In this document: piece after piece, positions 39,066 through 52,389 of the stretch
Position numbering within the stretch: the first letter of the stretch is position 1
Layout: every line of letters begins with the position of its first letter
From: Eledone cirrhosa
Taxonomy: Eukaryota
DNA: 64,000 bases
NCBI GenBank assembly: GCA_964016885.1
Contig: OZ024740.1
Span: 337,838,001 to 337,902,000, forward strand
Reading direction: 5' to 3'
Notes under the pieces: model-generated
The model's input: only the letters and a program-made list of their open reading frames with translations
Told to the model about the DNA's origin: nothing
Database searches by the model: none
Translations under genes and position numbers: made by a program

Positions 39066-39569
39066 CTTTGCTGCAGATCTCTAACATTAGAGAGTTGTCA
39101 TCAGGAAAAAAAAGGTTGATCTCCTATCATTGTTGTTGTAAAGTAAATAAAAATGTGAATATATCTGAACAGAGCCAAAAAGTAACACAATCAGCAACAT
39201 TAAAGAGACACAAAGGCACAAGGAAGGAAGAAGAAATGGTAGTTAGAGAGTTAATTGAGGGATTATACAATACTGCTATAGATATAAACAGAAGTTTAAA
39301 GTAATGATTGTTTATTAGAAAAGGGAAAGGAAATACAACAGAAGAGTTCGCATTTTGACTCCTGCCAGAAATATTCTGAAAATTGTGTTAACATTATTTT
39401 CAGTAAATTCATCCACCTGCTTCTCATGGATACTATAGCAAACGTCAAAACAACGCTTGAAAGTGATTTCTAAATTTAAAATTTAAAATCAAAGAGACAA
39501 GACCAGAACATTTTGATTAAGGAATTTTTAATTAACAAAATATTAGGACAGTTTAATAATGATAATACT

Positions 39570-39785
39570 GATTTCTATTATAAGCACAATGCCAGCAATT
39601 TGGGGGAGAGGAAAGTCTATAATATCGAACCTAATGCATTACTGGTGATTTATTTTATCGACCTCATAAGGATGAAAGGCAAAGCAAACCTTGGAGGGAT
39701 TTGAAATTTAGCCATAAAGGGCCATAACTATATGCTGCAAAGCATGGTGTATGATGCTCTACTGATACTGCCAATCCACGGCCCC
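39570..39785 (-). mobile_element. SINE family 1 (longer-tail variant)
   Basis: Family consensus. Confidence 0.8.
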
Positions 39786-39935
39786 AGGACTAATGTTGTT
39801 TAGCCCAAGGATAGATGATGTTTAGCCCCAGGACTAATGTTGATAGACCTAGGACAGATGGTTAGCTGGGAATAATGTTGTTTAATCCCAGGACAGATGT
39901 TGTTTAGCCAAAAGATTGATGTTGTTTAGAACCAG
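39786..39935. repeat. ~21-22-bp tandem repeat (GATGTTGTTTAGCCCCAGGAC-like)
   Basis: About 7 degenerate units. Confidence 0.75.
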
Positions 39936-39939
39936 GAAT

Positions 39940-42071
39940 ACACATATGGAACACTATGAGGTGCTCCCTATTCAGCTGCTATTTCTAGCACACCTATGGA
40001 CCATCATTAGGTTTCCCCTATTTAGCTGCTAATTCTAGCACACCTATGGACTACCATGATGTCCCCAATGTTAGATGATACAGCTGTTATTTCTAGCACA
40101 CCTATTGACCAGCATGTGGTCCCCCTATTTAGCTTCTATTTCTAGTACACCTAAGTACCACCATAAGTTATCCCATTTACCTCCTATTTCTAGCACACCT
40201 ATCGAACTGCATGTGGTTTCCCATATTTTCTTCTTTTTCTAGCACACCTATGGACCAACATGAGGTTCCCCAATTTAGCTGTTATTTGTAGCAAACCTAA
40301 GGAACACCATAAGGTTTCCCCTATTTAGCTGCTAATTCTAGCACACCTATGGACCACTATGAGGTTCGCCTTGCTTATAGGCTAATTTAGCTGATGTAGC
40401 CGCTATTTCTAGCTCACATATAGACCACCATGAGGTTTCCCCTATTTATCAACTATTTCTAGTATATCTACAGGCCACCATAAGGTACCCCCTATTTATC
40501 TGCTATTTCTAGCACACTTCTCGAACACCATGTGGTTTCCCATATTTTCTGCTTTTTATAGCACACCTATTGACCATCATGAGGTTCTCCAATTTAGCTG
40601 CTATTTCTAGCACATCTATGGACCAACATCTACTTCTCCAATTTAGCTGCTATTTGTAGCAAACCTATGGAACACCATAAGGTTCCCCCTATTTAGCTGC
40701 TATTTCTGGCACAGATATGGACCACCATGAGTTTCCTCTTCTTTAGCTGATGTAGCTTCTATTTCTAGCACACCTATGTACCACTATGTTGTTTCCCAAT
40801 TTAGCTGCTCTTTCCAGAACACCTATGGACCTCCATGAGATTCACCCTATATAGCTGCTATTTCTAACAAACCTATGGACCACCATAATGTTGTCCCAAT
40901 TTAACTGCTGTTTGTAGGATACCTATGATCCACCATGATGTTCCTCCTATTTAGCTACTATTTCTAGCACACCTATCGTCCACCATGAGGTTAGGTGATG
41001 TAGTTACTATTTCTAGCACACCTATGGACCACCATGATGTTCCCTTTTTAGTTGCTATTTCTTGCACACCTATGGACTACCATGTGTTTTCCCCTGTTTA
41101 GCTGATGTAGCTGCTATTTCTAGCACACCTGTGGACCACCATGATGTACCCCCTATTTAGTTGCTATTTCTAGCGCACCTATGGACCACTATGAGGTTTC
41201 CCCCTATTTAGCTACTATTTCTATCATACTTATGGCCCACCATTATGTTCCCCCTATTTATCTGCTATTTCTAACACAACTATGGACTGCCTTGAGGTTC
41301 ACCCTATTTAGCTGCTTTTTCTAGCACATCTATTTCCACCATGAGGTTTTCCTTATTTAGCTGCTATTTCTAGCACACCTATGTACTCCTATGAAGTTAC
41401 CCTATTTAGCTGCTATTTCTGGCACTTTTATAGACCACCATGAGGTTCCCCTGTTTAGTTGGTGTAGCTGCTATTTGTAGCTCACCTATAGACCACCATG
41501 ATGTTCCTCTATTTAGCTGCTATTTCTAGGACACCTATGGACCAATATGAAGTTCTCCCTGTTTAGCTGATGTTGCTGTTATTTCTAGTACATCTATGGA
41601 ACATCATGAGGTTCCCCGTATTTAGCTATTATTTCTAGCACACCTATTGTCTTTCATGAGGTTCCCCCTGTTTAGCTCATGTAGTTGTTATTTCTAGCAC
41701 ATCTATGGGCCACCATAAGCTTACCCCTATGTAGCTTCTATTTCTAGCACACATATAGTCCATCATGAGATTCCCCCTACTTAGCTGTACACCTATGAAC
41801 CACCATGAGGATCCCCCTATTTAGCTGCTATTTCTAGGACACCTATTCACTAACATGAGTTTCCCTTTATTTAGCTACTTTTTCTAGCACACCTATGGGC
41901 CACCATGATGTTCCGCCTATCTAGCTGCTATTTCTAGGACACAATTAGACCACCATAGGTTTCCCTATTTAGCTGCTATTTCTAGCACAGCTATGGACTA
42001 CCATGAGGTTTCCCTATTTAGCTGCTATTTCTAGCACACCTGTGAACCTCCATGATGTTCCCCCCCATTTA
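39940..42071. repeat. ~50/60-bp satellite array, ~40 units
   Basis: Consensus TTTAGCTGCTATTTCTAGCACACCTATGGACCACCATGAGGTTCCCCCTA; a subset of units has a 10-bp TTTAGCTGATG-type duplication. Confidence 0.95.
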
Positions 42072-42154
42072 GTTTTCCGAAATATTTACTTCTGCGTTTA
42101 CCTCTATTATTATTAGCCTATTACTACTTACTTTATTATAAATACTATTATTAT

Positions 42155-42892
42155 TATAATAAAGTACCAGTAATGCACTTGCCAATTGCTGACCTTGTGC
42201 CAAAAAGTAGAAACAATTATTATAATTAAGGGTGGATTGCCAGTATCGGTAGAGGGTCGGACGCCATGCTTTGACGTATAGAGTTACGGCCCTTGCCATT
42301 CTGAGTTCGAATCCCGCCGAGGTTAACTTTGCCTTTCATCCTTACGGGGTCGATAAAATAAGTACCAGTAATGCACTGGGATATTTGCTGGCCTTGTGCC
42401 AAAAGTAAAAACAATTATTATTATAATTATTATTCTTACTGGATGCTATGCTTTGCAGCATAGAGTTATGGCCTTTTACACTCTGAGTTCAAATCCCACT
42501 GTGTTTAACTTACGGGGGTCGATAAAATAAAGTACCAGTCACGCACTGGGGTAGATTTAATCAACTTTCCCCTCCCCTCAAATTGTTGGTCTTGTGCCTA
42601 TATAAGAAACCATTATTATTGGTTCAAAATCCCGCCGAGGTTAAATTTGCCTTTCATCCTTACGGGGTCGATAAAATAGTACCAGTAATACACTGGAATA
42701 ATTGCTGGCTTTGTGCCAAAAGTAGAAACAATTATTATTGGTATCAGCATAGTTACGTCCCTTTATGGCCTGAGTTCAAATCCCGTTGAGGTTAACTTTG
42801 CCTTTTATCCTTACGGGGTCAATAAAATAAAGTACCAGTAATACACTGGGATAATTGCTGGCTTTGTGCCAAAAGTAGAAACAATTATTATT
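42155..42892 (+). mobile_element. Cluster of about five head-to-tail SINE family 1 copies and fragments
   Basis: Tail fragment 42155-42220, full copy ~42229-42420, truncated copies ~42440-42618, ~42620-42738 and ~42742-42892, separated by (ATT)n. Confidence 0.88.
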
Positions 42893-43019
42893 GGTATCAT
42901 CATTATTATTGTGTGAGATTGAGTGACATTTGCTCTGAGGCAGATTTTTTATGAACAAATAGTTCTTTGCAGGCAGTTTTCCTATAGCTTGCAAACAAAG
43001 TAAGATAGAGTACCTATAA

Positions 43020-43843
43020 CAAACGATTTGCGTTGGACAAAGCATGTCTCTAAGATTGTCAAGAAGGCCGAGGGTATCTTGGCATCACTCAGCAAGACCT
43101 TTGTTAGCCGCTCTCCAGCCATCTATTTAAAACTGTATACAGCTATGGTGCGACCTCACTTGGAATTCGCATCATCAGTCTGGAACCCCTATCTTGCTCA
43201 GAACATTGACCTCCTGGAAACTGTTCAGAGACATGCAACCAAGCGCATACCCTCCATCAGACACCTACCATACTCTGAACGCCTTGCTTCCCCGGGCATG
43301 AATTCATTGAAGCTCCGACGTCTGGCAATGGACTTGGTGAATACCCACAAAGTTTTTAACCATCTCGCCAATTGCAACCCTGAGCGCCTCTTTGATCTCC
43401 ATGTGTCTAACACACGTGGACATGCCTACAAGATCAGAAAACAGCACAGCTCCCATGACTTTCGTAGACATTTTTTCACGCTCAGAGTTGCTGAGGCATG
43501 GAACAAACTGCCTGCATCAATTGTTAGCTGCCGAGACACTGCATCCTTTAAGACACTCATGTTTCCCGAAATGCGCCAAAACTACACCTGATGTACCCCT
43601 TCCATACACATGCACACATGTGTGTATCATGACTCGTGCACTGTTCATTTTACTGTACATGCACTTTTTTGATGAGTTGTGGTGCACCTGGGCACTGTAC
43701 ACAATATTTCATTATTGTTATTATTATATCATGACTCATACACTGTTCATTTTCTTGACATTTGTACATTATTCTATGTACTATACATGCACCTTTGATA
43801 AGTTGTAGTGCACCTGAGCACTGTACACAATAATTTCATTATT
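43020..43843 (+). mobile_element. CR1-clade LINE, 5'-truncated ORF2 C-terminus with duplicated 3'UTR
   Basis: LYTAMVRPHLEFASSVWNPY, LETVQRHATK, TRGHAYK and FFTLRVAEAWNKLP (43028-43591). 3'UTR at 43629-43725 repeated at 43730-43843. Confidence 0.93.
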
Positions 43844-44094
43844 AAAAGCAGAAAGCTTTGAACCAGTTTCTTATTATAATCTTCTGATTTTAGTCCTGAA
43901 ATATTATGACAGGCAAACATCTTCATTGTCTTCAATTTTTTCCCAAATCTACTGTCCATTTCACATTGTCATAGCCTTCGAATAACATACTATTTTATAT
44001 ATATATCAGAATGGATTCAGTTGGAAACTGGTTAGATCGTTACTCAACAGAGTAGTCAATACTTTGGGTTGTAGTGTATGGTTACAGATATATA

Positions 44095-45798
44095 TCATCA
44101 TCATCATCATCATCGTTTAAAGTCTATCTTCCACGCTAGCATGGGTTTAGACTGGAATTGTCCCACTTGAGGCAAGATTGGTCATCTGGCTCGTATAGGA
44201 CTGTCTGGCAGGTTTTCTACGGCTGGATGCCCTTCCTAACACCAACCACGTTTACAGTGTGGACTGGGACGTTTTTACCGTGTTACCTACACGGCCACAT
44301 TACAGCATGGACTGTGTTTTTTTGTTGTGACACCTACACGACCTCATTTATTTAGGACTGGATGTTGTGGTACCAACATAACTTTACAGAGAAAGGGGTG
44401 GTGTTGATGGGGGTGGGGAGTTGCGGTAGTGGGAGGGGTGTGTATATTTGATTAAGAGGTGCCTACTGACTGTAGGTTTTGCTTTGTACTTAGGCAAGGC
44501 GGGTTTTCTGTATTACTGCGTGGCGCCAAAGATCTCGGTCCATAGATCTCGAGAGAAGACCAAGTGTGTAAGGTCGGAATTTATCAAATCGTCCCAGGTT
44601 TTTCTTGGTCTACCTACTCTGTAGCTTCCATCAATTTTGATCGCCCTGCACTTTTTTATACAGCTGTCATCTTTAATGTGCATCACGTGACCATACCAAT
44701 GCAGTCTTCTCTCGAGTAAACAGCATCTGATCCCTCTTATACCTAATTTAGTTCATTTATGCTTTGCTGTTCATGTATTACACATCCAGCGGAGCATGCA
44801 AGCTCCGTTCCCCTCCAGTCTGTGTATATCCTCTGCACACAATGCCCAGGTCTCACTGCCATGTAACATTGCTGTTCGTATGCAGGCATCATACAGTCTG
44901 CCTTTCATTTTTAGAGAGAAACCTTTAGCGGCCAATAGTGGTATAAGCTCTCTGAACTTTTTCCATCCCATTCCGACTCTAGCTACTGTACTTTCTGAGC
45001 ACCCTCCACCACTGCTAGGTAACGGAAGATGTCCACTATTTCTATAGAGCCATCTGGGCAATAGAAGGAGCTAGTATCCTGTGGGCGCTTGCTACTTATT
45101 GCACCTGAGCACCGGCCACATATAAAATCTACGTTCTTAGATAGCTTACCTGTGACCCCACTACATCTTTTATGCACCCATACTTTGCATTTAGGACATA
45201 AAATGGAATTTCTGCCTACTCATTTCCTACACACTGAGCATGGCCATTTCCCAGAGGGGGAGGGGGGGACATGTGCCCTATTTTCCTTCCTACATACTAG
45301 AACTTTAGTCTTAGACAAGTTAACTTTAAGGCCTTTTGATTCTGGGCCATGCTTCCATGTTTGGAATTTCTTCTCTAGTTCAGCCATTGATTCAACTATG
45401 AGTGTTAGATCGTCTGCATAGAGAAGTTCCCATGGGCAGCCGGTCTTGAACTCCTCTGTTATGGCCTGAAGGGCAATAATAAATAGGAAGGGGCTAAGGA
45501 CAGAGCCTTGATGGACACCAACTTTTACACTAAATTCTTCACTATATTCGTTGTTAATTCTAACCTTGCTGACTGTTTCTTTATACATAGCTTGTATAGC
45601 TCTCACAAGCCATTCATCAACCCCTTGTTTTCTAAGGGCCCACCAGATAATGGCGCGGGGGACTCTGTCAAAGGCTTTCTCCAAGTCAACAAAAGCTAAG
45701 TAGAGGGGTTTACTTTTAGCTTGGTACTTCTCCTGTAGTTGTCGTACAAGGAAAAGGGCATCTGTGGTACTTTTACCTGACACAAACCCAAACTTCAT
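44095..45798 (-). mobile_element. RTE family A, older 5'-truncated copy with small deletions
   Basis: FVDLEKAFD, QGSVLSP, YADD, PHD insert at ~45108-45240, modular 3'UTR and (ATG)n tail. Confidence 0.95.
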
Positions 45799-45863
45799 AT
45801 ATATGTAAGTATGTATGTATCTATGCATGCATGCATGTATGTATATATATATTTATATATATA

Positions 45864-48480
45864 TCATCATCACCATCGTTTAACGTCCATATTCCACGCT
45901 TGCATGGGTTTGGACGGGAGTTTTCCCACTTGAGGCAAGAGTGGTTGTCTTGCTCGCATAGGACTGTCTGGTGGATTTTCTACAGCTGGATGCCCTTCCT
46001 AACACGAACCACATTTACAGTGTGGGACTGGGACTGGGAGGTTTTTACTGTGTTACCTACACGGCCACATTACAGCGTGGACTGTGTGTTTTTTTTGTTG
46101 TGACACCTACACGACCTCATTTGTTTCGGCCTGGATGTTGTGGCACCAACATAACTTTACATTGAAAGGGGCGGTGTGGATGGGGTGGGGGTGGTATTTT
46201 GTTAGAGGTGTCTACTGACTGTAGTAGGTTTTACTTTGTATTTAGGTAAGGCGGGTCTTCTCTATTACTGAGTACCGCCAAAGATCCCGGTCCAGTGACA
46301 TTGTCTTGGAGAGGTGTAAGTGTGTGAGGTCGGAATTTATCAAGTCGTCCCAGGTTTTTCTGGGTCTGCCTACTCCGTGGCTACCGTCTATCTGTATTGC
46401 CCTGCACTTTTTTATACAGCTGTCGTCTTTCATGCGCATCACGTGACCATACCAACGTAGCCTTCTCCCGAGTAAACACCATCTGATCCCTCTTATTTCT
46501 AATTTTTCCCTTAGTTCGTTAATGCTTTGCCGTTCACGTATATTACTATTACACATCCAGTGGAGCATGCAAGCTTCGTTCCTCTCTAGTCTGCACACAA
46601 TGCCCAGGTCTCACGGCATTGCTGTTCGTATGCAGGCATCATACAACCTGCCTTTCATTTTTAAGGAGAACCCTTTAGCGGCTAATAGTGGTATAAGCTC
46701 TCTGAACTTTTTCCATCCAGTTCTGACTCTAGCTACTGTACTTTCAGAGCACCCTCCCCCACTGCTGATTTTGTCACCCAGGTAACGGAAGCTGTCCACT
46801 ATTTCTATAGAACCCTCTGCGCAATTGAAAGAGCTAGTATTTTGTGGGCACTTGCTGCTACTTATTGCACCAGAGCACCGGCCACATGTAAAATCTATGT
46901 TCTTAGATAGCTTACCTGTGATCCCACTACATCTTTTATGCAACCATACTTTGCATTTGGGACATAAAATGGAGTTTCTACCTACGCCTTTCCTACACAC
47001 TGAGCATGGCCATTTCCCGGAAGGGACCGGCGCCTTATTTTCTTTCCTACAAACTAGAACTTTAGTCTTAGCCAGGTTAATTTTAAGGCCTTTTGATTCT
47101 AGGCCGTGCTTCCATGTTTGGAATTTCTTCTCTAGCTCGGCCATTGATTCAGCTATGAGCGTTAGATCATCTGCGTATAGGAGTTCCCACGGGCAGCCGG
47201 TCTTGAACTCCACTGTTATAGCCTGAAGGGCAATAATAAATAGTAGGGGGCTAAGAACAGAGCCCTGATGAACACCAACTTTTACGCTAAACTCTTCACT
47301 ATATTCGTTGTTAATTCTAACCTTGCTGACTGTTTCTTTATACATGGCTTGTATAGCTCTCACAAGCCATTCATCAACACCTAGTTTTCTAAGAGCCCAC
47401 CAGATAATGGAACGGGGGACTCTGTCGAAAGCTTTCTCCAAGTCGATAAAAGCTAAGTATAGGGGTTTACTTTTAGCTAGGTACTTCTCCTGTAGTTGTT
47501 GTACAATGAAAAGAGCGTCTGTGGTACTTTTGCCTGACACAAACCCGAACTGCATTTCATCTAGATCAATTCTCTCTCTGATTAGTTGCGCTATTACTTT
47601 TTCCGTGACCTTCATGACCTGGTCGATTAATTTAATGCCTCTATAGTTACTCCTATCTAGGGCATCTCCTTTACCCTTGTAACAGTTAATGATGATGCTG
47701 CTACGCCAGTCCTTCAGAACAACCCCATTCTGTATGACTTGGTTTACTATCCGGGTGACCATGGTGTGTCCCACCGTTCCAGAGGCTTTCAGCATCTCAG
47801 CAACTATTTCTGAAGGCCCAGCCGCCTTACCCGTCTTCATATCTTTGATTGCCCTACTTATTATACTACCTTCGACTAACACTGCTGGTCCCTCTATTGG
47901 GTCGATGTGGGGGAGACTGTCTTTCTCCCATTTATTCTCCTCATTTAGTAGCCTTTCATAGTGACACTTCCAAGCTACCTTCGTATCGGCGTCAGTGATG
48001 GCAAGTACGCCATCATCATTAAGTACACACTTCTCCCCGACAATATCACGGTTTTCCTTGACACATTGCCTAGCAATCCTGAACACCTCACGTTTTTGGT
48101 CCTCGCGTTGTAGAACATGCTTGAACTTTCTTTCCTCTGCTTCCCTTCTTGTGAAGTACACTTGTCTCCTAGCTTCCCTCCTGGCCACTTGATAGTCTTC
48201 TCTACTTCCCCCATCCCGCCATACTTTCCAAGCCTGCTTTTTGGCCTTAATTGACTCCTCCACCTTACTGTTCCACCACCATGTTACTCTCCTCCTGCCT
48301 ATAGGCCTGCTCCAGCCACAGACTTTGTCTGCCGCCATCAGCAGGTTTGCTTTCAGGAATTCCCACTGTTCCTCTATATTGTACGACTCTAAATGCTCTT
48401 CTTTACTGTCGAAAGCATCAAGTAATATGCTTTGAAATTTATTTCTGGCTGTGCGGTCCTTTAGCTTCCATATTTTTCTC
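45864..48480 (-). mobile_element. RTE family A, longest copy (2.6 kb, 5'-truncated, no endonuclease)
   Basis: Frame open from ~48480 through ORF 46611-48338 (RT motifs NYRGIKL, DLEKAFD, QGSVLSP, YADD, FRYLG). Small deletions near 46590-46620, then frame 46242-46598 to the stop; 3'UTR and tail to 45864. Confidence 0.97.
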
Positions 48481-49028
48481 TTTATGTTGTAGAAAGAGTG
48501 TTATGGAAAATGTGCAATGTTCATTTTTTTATAAAGTCAGTTGAGTAATATATATATATATTGTATTGGTACTAGAATATAGCATATATTCAGGTTTTAA
48601 TATAACAGGTATATGTTTAGTGGTTCACTGTTATGTATTTATTTAAGCCAACCATAGACAAGTAACCTGGTGGTCATTTTGAGCATATCAAGAGGAAATG
48701 AAAAAATTATTTCTGCTCTGGTTTTTACTTCTCCCCATTACTCTTTTAGCTAACAGTTAGCTTCTGCTTTGGTTTTCATAATGACAGAATATAATCGACT
48801 CACTTATAGCTATTTGAAGTTCAGGAGACACCCTAAGCTGAATGAGGAATCATTTGCAAAGAGAATGCTTTTTTCTTTCTATTTACTGCTGGTCATTATC
48901 TGCTTGTACATAATTAACTTTACATATGAGAAATTATATAGGAGCACTTTCTACAGCCCATTACTCAACTGACTTTATAAAAAAATGAACATTGTACATT
49001 TTCCATAACACTCTTTCTACAACATAAA
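48481..49028. repeat. 69-bp inverted duplication abutting the RTE 5' junction
   Basis: 48481-48549 is the reverse complement of 48960-49028 with 1 mismatch. Confidence 0.95.
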
Positions 49029-49659
49029 TTAAGCAACATATATATGTTCATTCTCACAATGCATGCCTAATGTTTTTATCTAATTACTGTTGAATTATTG
49101 TACCAACAAAATCTGAAGAGGTCTATTTTCTGATAGTATGTAAGAAATAAAGGGAAACTCACTTGTAATTTATATTATTGCTTTTTAACAAATCTTAAGA
49201 ATTATTTTAGTGTTTGAAAATTGAAAATGTGAGTGTCTGAAACAAAGTAATTGTAATAACTGTCAATTACTATAGATAATAGATGCCCTTAGAGGCAGAA
49301 AAAAATAAGCAGAGGCACCTCTATCCACTATTTTTCTCAACTATTATTTATAGTGATCGACTGTTACAGTTATTTTCTACATTTAGGATGCTCACATTTT
49401 CAAATCATTGTTTTTGTTTTTTTGCAATTCCTTTTGATTTCCTATAAAGAGAATATGCCAGTATATTTGTTTACATAAATATGCAAGATAATTGATATAT
49501 GTGCCAATATGATTAAGAGTGTATTTGAACCACCTGAAATGACATATTACATTATATTTAACCACTAGGAGCATGTATAGATATATATAAATGTCTAAGG
49601 TTTATTTATGTGTTGAGAAATTACCCCAATGCAATTCAAAACATCCTTATATCCTCATT

Positions 49660-49859
49660 TACCATATATACTCGAATATAACCCCTTCTTAATATAAGCC
49701 GATCCAACTATAATCTGATCCAAATACAAGCCGATCCCCCTATATTATGCTTCAGAAATGGGAAAAAATCTAATCAACACATTATGTTTAGTTGGTGAAT
49801 ATAAGCTGATGCCCCACCCCATTTTACCATCCTTAGCTTATATTTAAGTTTCTACAGTA
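49660..49859. mobile_element. pogo/Tigger-like MITE remnant
   Basis: TA-CCATATATACTCGAATATAA ... TTATATTTAAGTTTCTACAG-TA degenerate TIRs; internal AATATAAGCCGA repeats. Confidence 0.6.
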
Positions 49860-49887
49860 TATCTTTTATTTATTTTCATCTAATTTT

Positions 49888-50004
49888 GTGTATATATTTG
49901 TATGTATTAGTATAAGTGGGAGTGTATTGTGTATATATTTGTATGTATTAGTGGGAGTGTATTGTGTATATATGTGTATGTATTAGTATAAGTGGGAGTG
50001 TATT
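49888..50004. repeat. ~37-42-bp tandem repeat, 3 units
   Basis: GTGTATATATTTGTATGTATTAGT(ATAAGT)GGGAGTGTATT. Confidence 0.85.
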
Positions 50005-52029
50005 TATGCATGTGTATGCAGATTTCTCTTATAATCACTAACAAAATTAAAACTCATACATATATATTTTGCTTGATGCAAGGGCATGTGTTTTGTATGG
50101 ATTGTAAAATTGTTCATATGGGATCACATGCAGTAGTGAAGTAGAAATCATTTTTAATGTATGATACCAGTGTGTATTGGTCTGGTGGTCATATGTCACA
50201 ACTGACAAATCATAGTGGGAAGGGGGGGGGGGGAGAAAGAGAATGAGAGGATGAATATATGGTTTCAAGAAGGAGTATACAAACTGAGTAGAGTGGCAGG
50301 AAATGAGTGAAAGTAAGAGACAGAGAAGTAAAAAACCCTATATTGGTATGTGCACACAGCACACACATACACTCTCTTTCTCTCACAGACAGACACATAC
50401 ACATACATGCACAGACAGACACATACACATCAAGTAATTGTTGTTTGCTGAGCGTTTAATCAAAGCTACATTCTCTCATCACTCTTGATTCATTCCTTTT
50501 GATGAACAGAATATGCACATATGAAAATACCTATTTCTTTTTTCTAATTTTTTCTTTCCTTTTTCTCAAATTACTGCTTTCTTTAATATTATACATACAG
50601 TGCTTGGATGTAAGCAATATTATAAATTGTTTTAGGTAAATGCAGATGCGGTAAATTCATGTTTATTTTGCATTAATATTTCATACCGATGTATTTATTT
50701 TTATTTATATATTTTTACATTTTTATTTATTTATGTAATCTATTGTCCAACCCTTGCTTAGCAGAAAAAGCAGATGTTAACCAATCATGATGATGATGAG
50801 GGTGATGGTCGTTACTTATAGTGACAATTGTATACTTGCAAAATTATCTGTTATATGATGGGTAACACTCTAGCAATCAAATAATACCCATAAATAATTA
50901 GTTTAATTATATCTAGTTAATAATTCACTCTTCCAAATTTGCTATCAAATTATGTTTAAGAATTACCTTCAGAAGAAACATAATATATAATGATACATTT
51001 AAGATTTCACCTCACAGACAATCTAATATTATAACAACATTATGTACATGAATGCTGACCTAATAGAACAATGTTCAGTTAAACTATTTACAGACTATAC
51101 AAATTTGATATGATCATAAAACAAAAGTAAGTTTTGTCAATAAAATTATTAATAATTACTACTAATAATAAACAGGAAAGTACAACTCTTGTAAGACCTT
51201 AGAACATTTGACATATGAAATAACTTCAACATAAACTACAATTGTCCATTTAAAACAGTATTATTATTTGTTTACTTAATATAATAAAATTGTTCGACAC
51301 AGAATTACATTTACTTCTCTTCATATAATCAAATCTTCTGAGACATAGTTGTTAAAGTTAAGCAATCAGAAAATAAATATTCCACTATAACCCTTAGTTA
51401 TCTATCACCATCATCAACATCATAGCATAATAAACAAACCAATCTAAATAATATTAAGTAATCTTTTATCTTATTATACAACACATATTTCATTATATAA
51501 TAGCCAGATTATAAATAAATAAATTTCCTTAGAATAATACAAAAGCATAAAAAACCCTAATCAACAATTAAAAACTAATGAAAAAAGATGTTATTGGTAA
51601 TAGAAAATTTATAATTCAAAATAAAAAAAGATATGCAAACACCAAAGCTTCTACCAAACTATTTTTTCTCAATTGTTTTGAAGTTTTTTAACATCTTTTA
51701 AAACATTTCTTATGATTATAGCAAAAATTTAATTTGAAAGCTGTGTATATGGAATTTTAAAACTTGTTAAAAAATCATTTAAATAAATCATTTAAACTGT
51801 TAAATAATAGGGTTAATCGATTATAGATGCCTCCAAAATGTGTGGTCTTGTAATTTTGGTAGAAATATGCAGACATGTATTGAGGCTATACCATCAGCAT
51901 AGATAATGGTGCAAAGGAATATTTGTGAAACACTTTTTTTCACAGCACATCTGCTTGGTAGAACATTGATCCTGCATCAATAAAAAATGAAGGTTTCTGG
52001 AATATTATCAGGCACTTAGAGTTCGCTAT

Positions 52030-52266
52030 CAGTTAATGATGATGCTGCTACGCCAGTCCTTCGGAACAACCCCATTCTGTATGACTTGGTTTACTATGCG
52101 GGTGACCATGGTGTGTCCCACCGTTCCAGAAGCTTTCAGCATTTCAGCAACTATTTCCGAAGGCCCAGCCGCCTTACTCGTCTTCATATCTTTGATTGCC
52201 TTACTTATTATACTACCTTCGACTAACACTGCTGGTCCCTCTATTGGATCGATGTGGGGAGGGGGG

Positions 52267-52316
<50 letters not shown>

Positions 52317-52342
52317 GTATATATATATATGTATATATATAC

Positions 52343-52389
<47 letters not shown>

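Noticed and set aside
39940-42071. CRISPR-like appearance of the regularly spaced palindromic repeats
   Set aside because: Units are contiguous, with no unique spacers and no cas genes, in a eukaryotic context; this is a satellite.
46825-48435. Plus-strand ORFs over the RTE
   Set aside because: Antisense shadows of the RT frame with no independent motifs.
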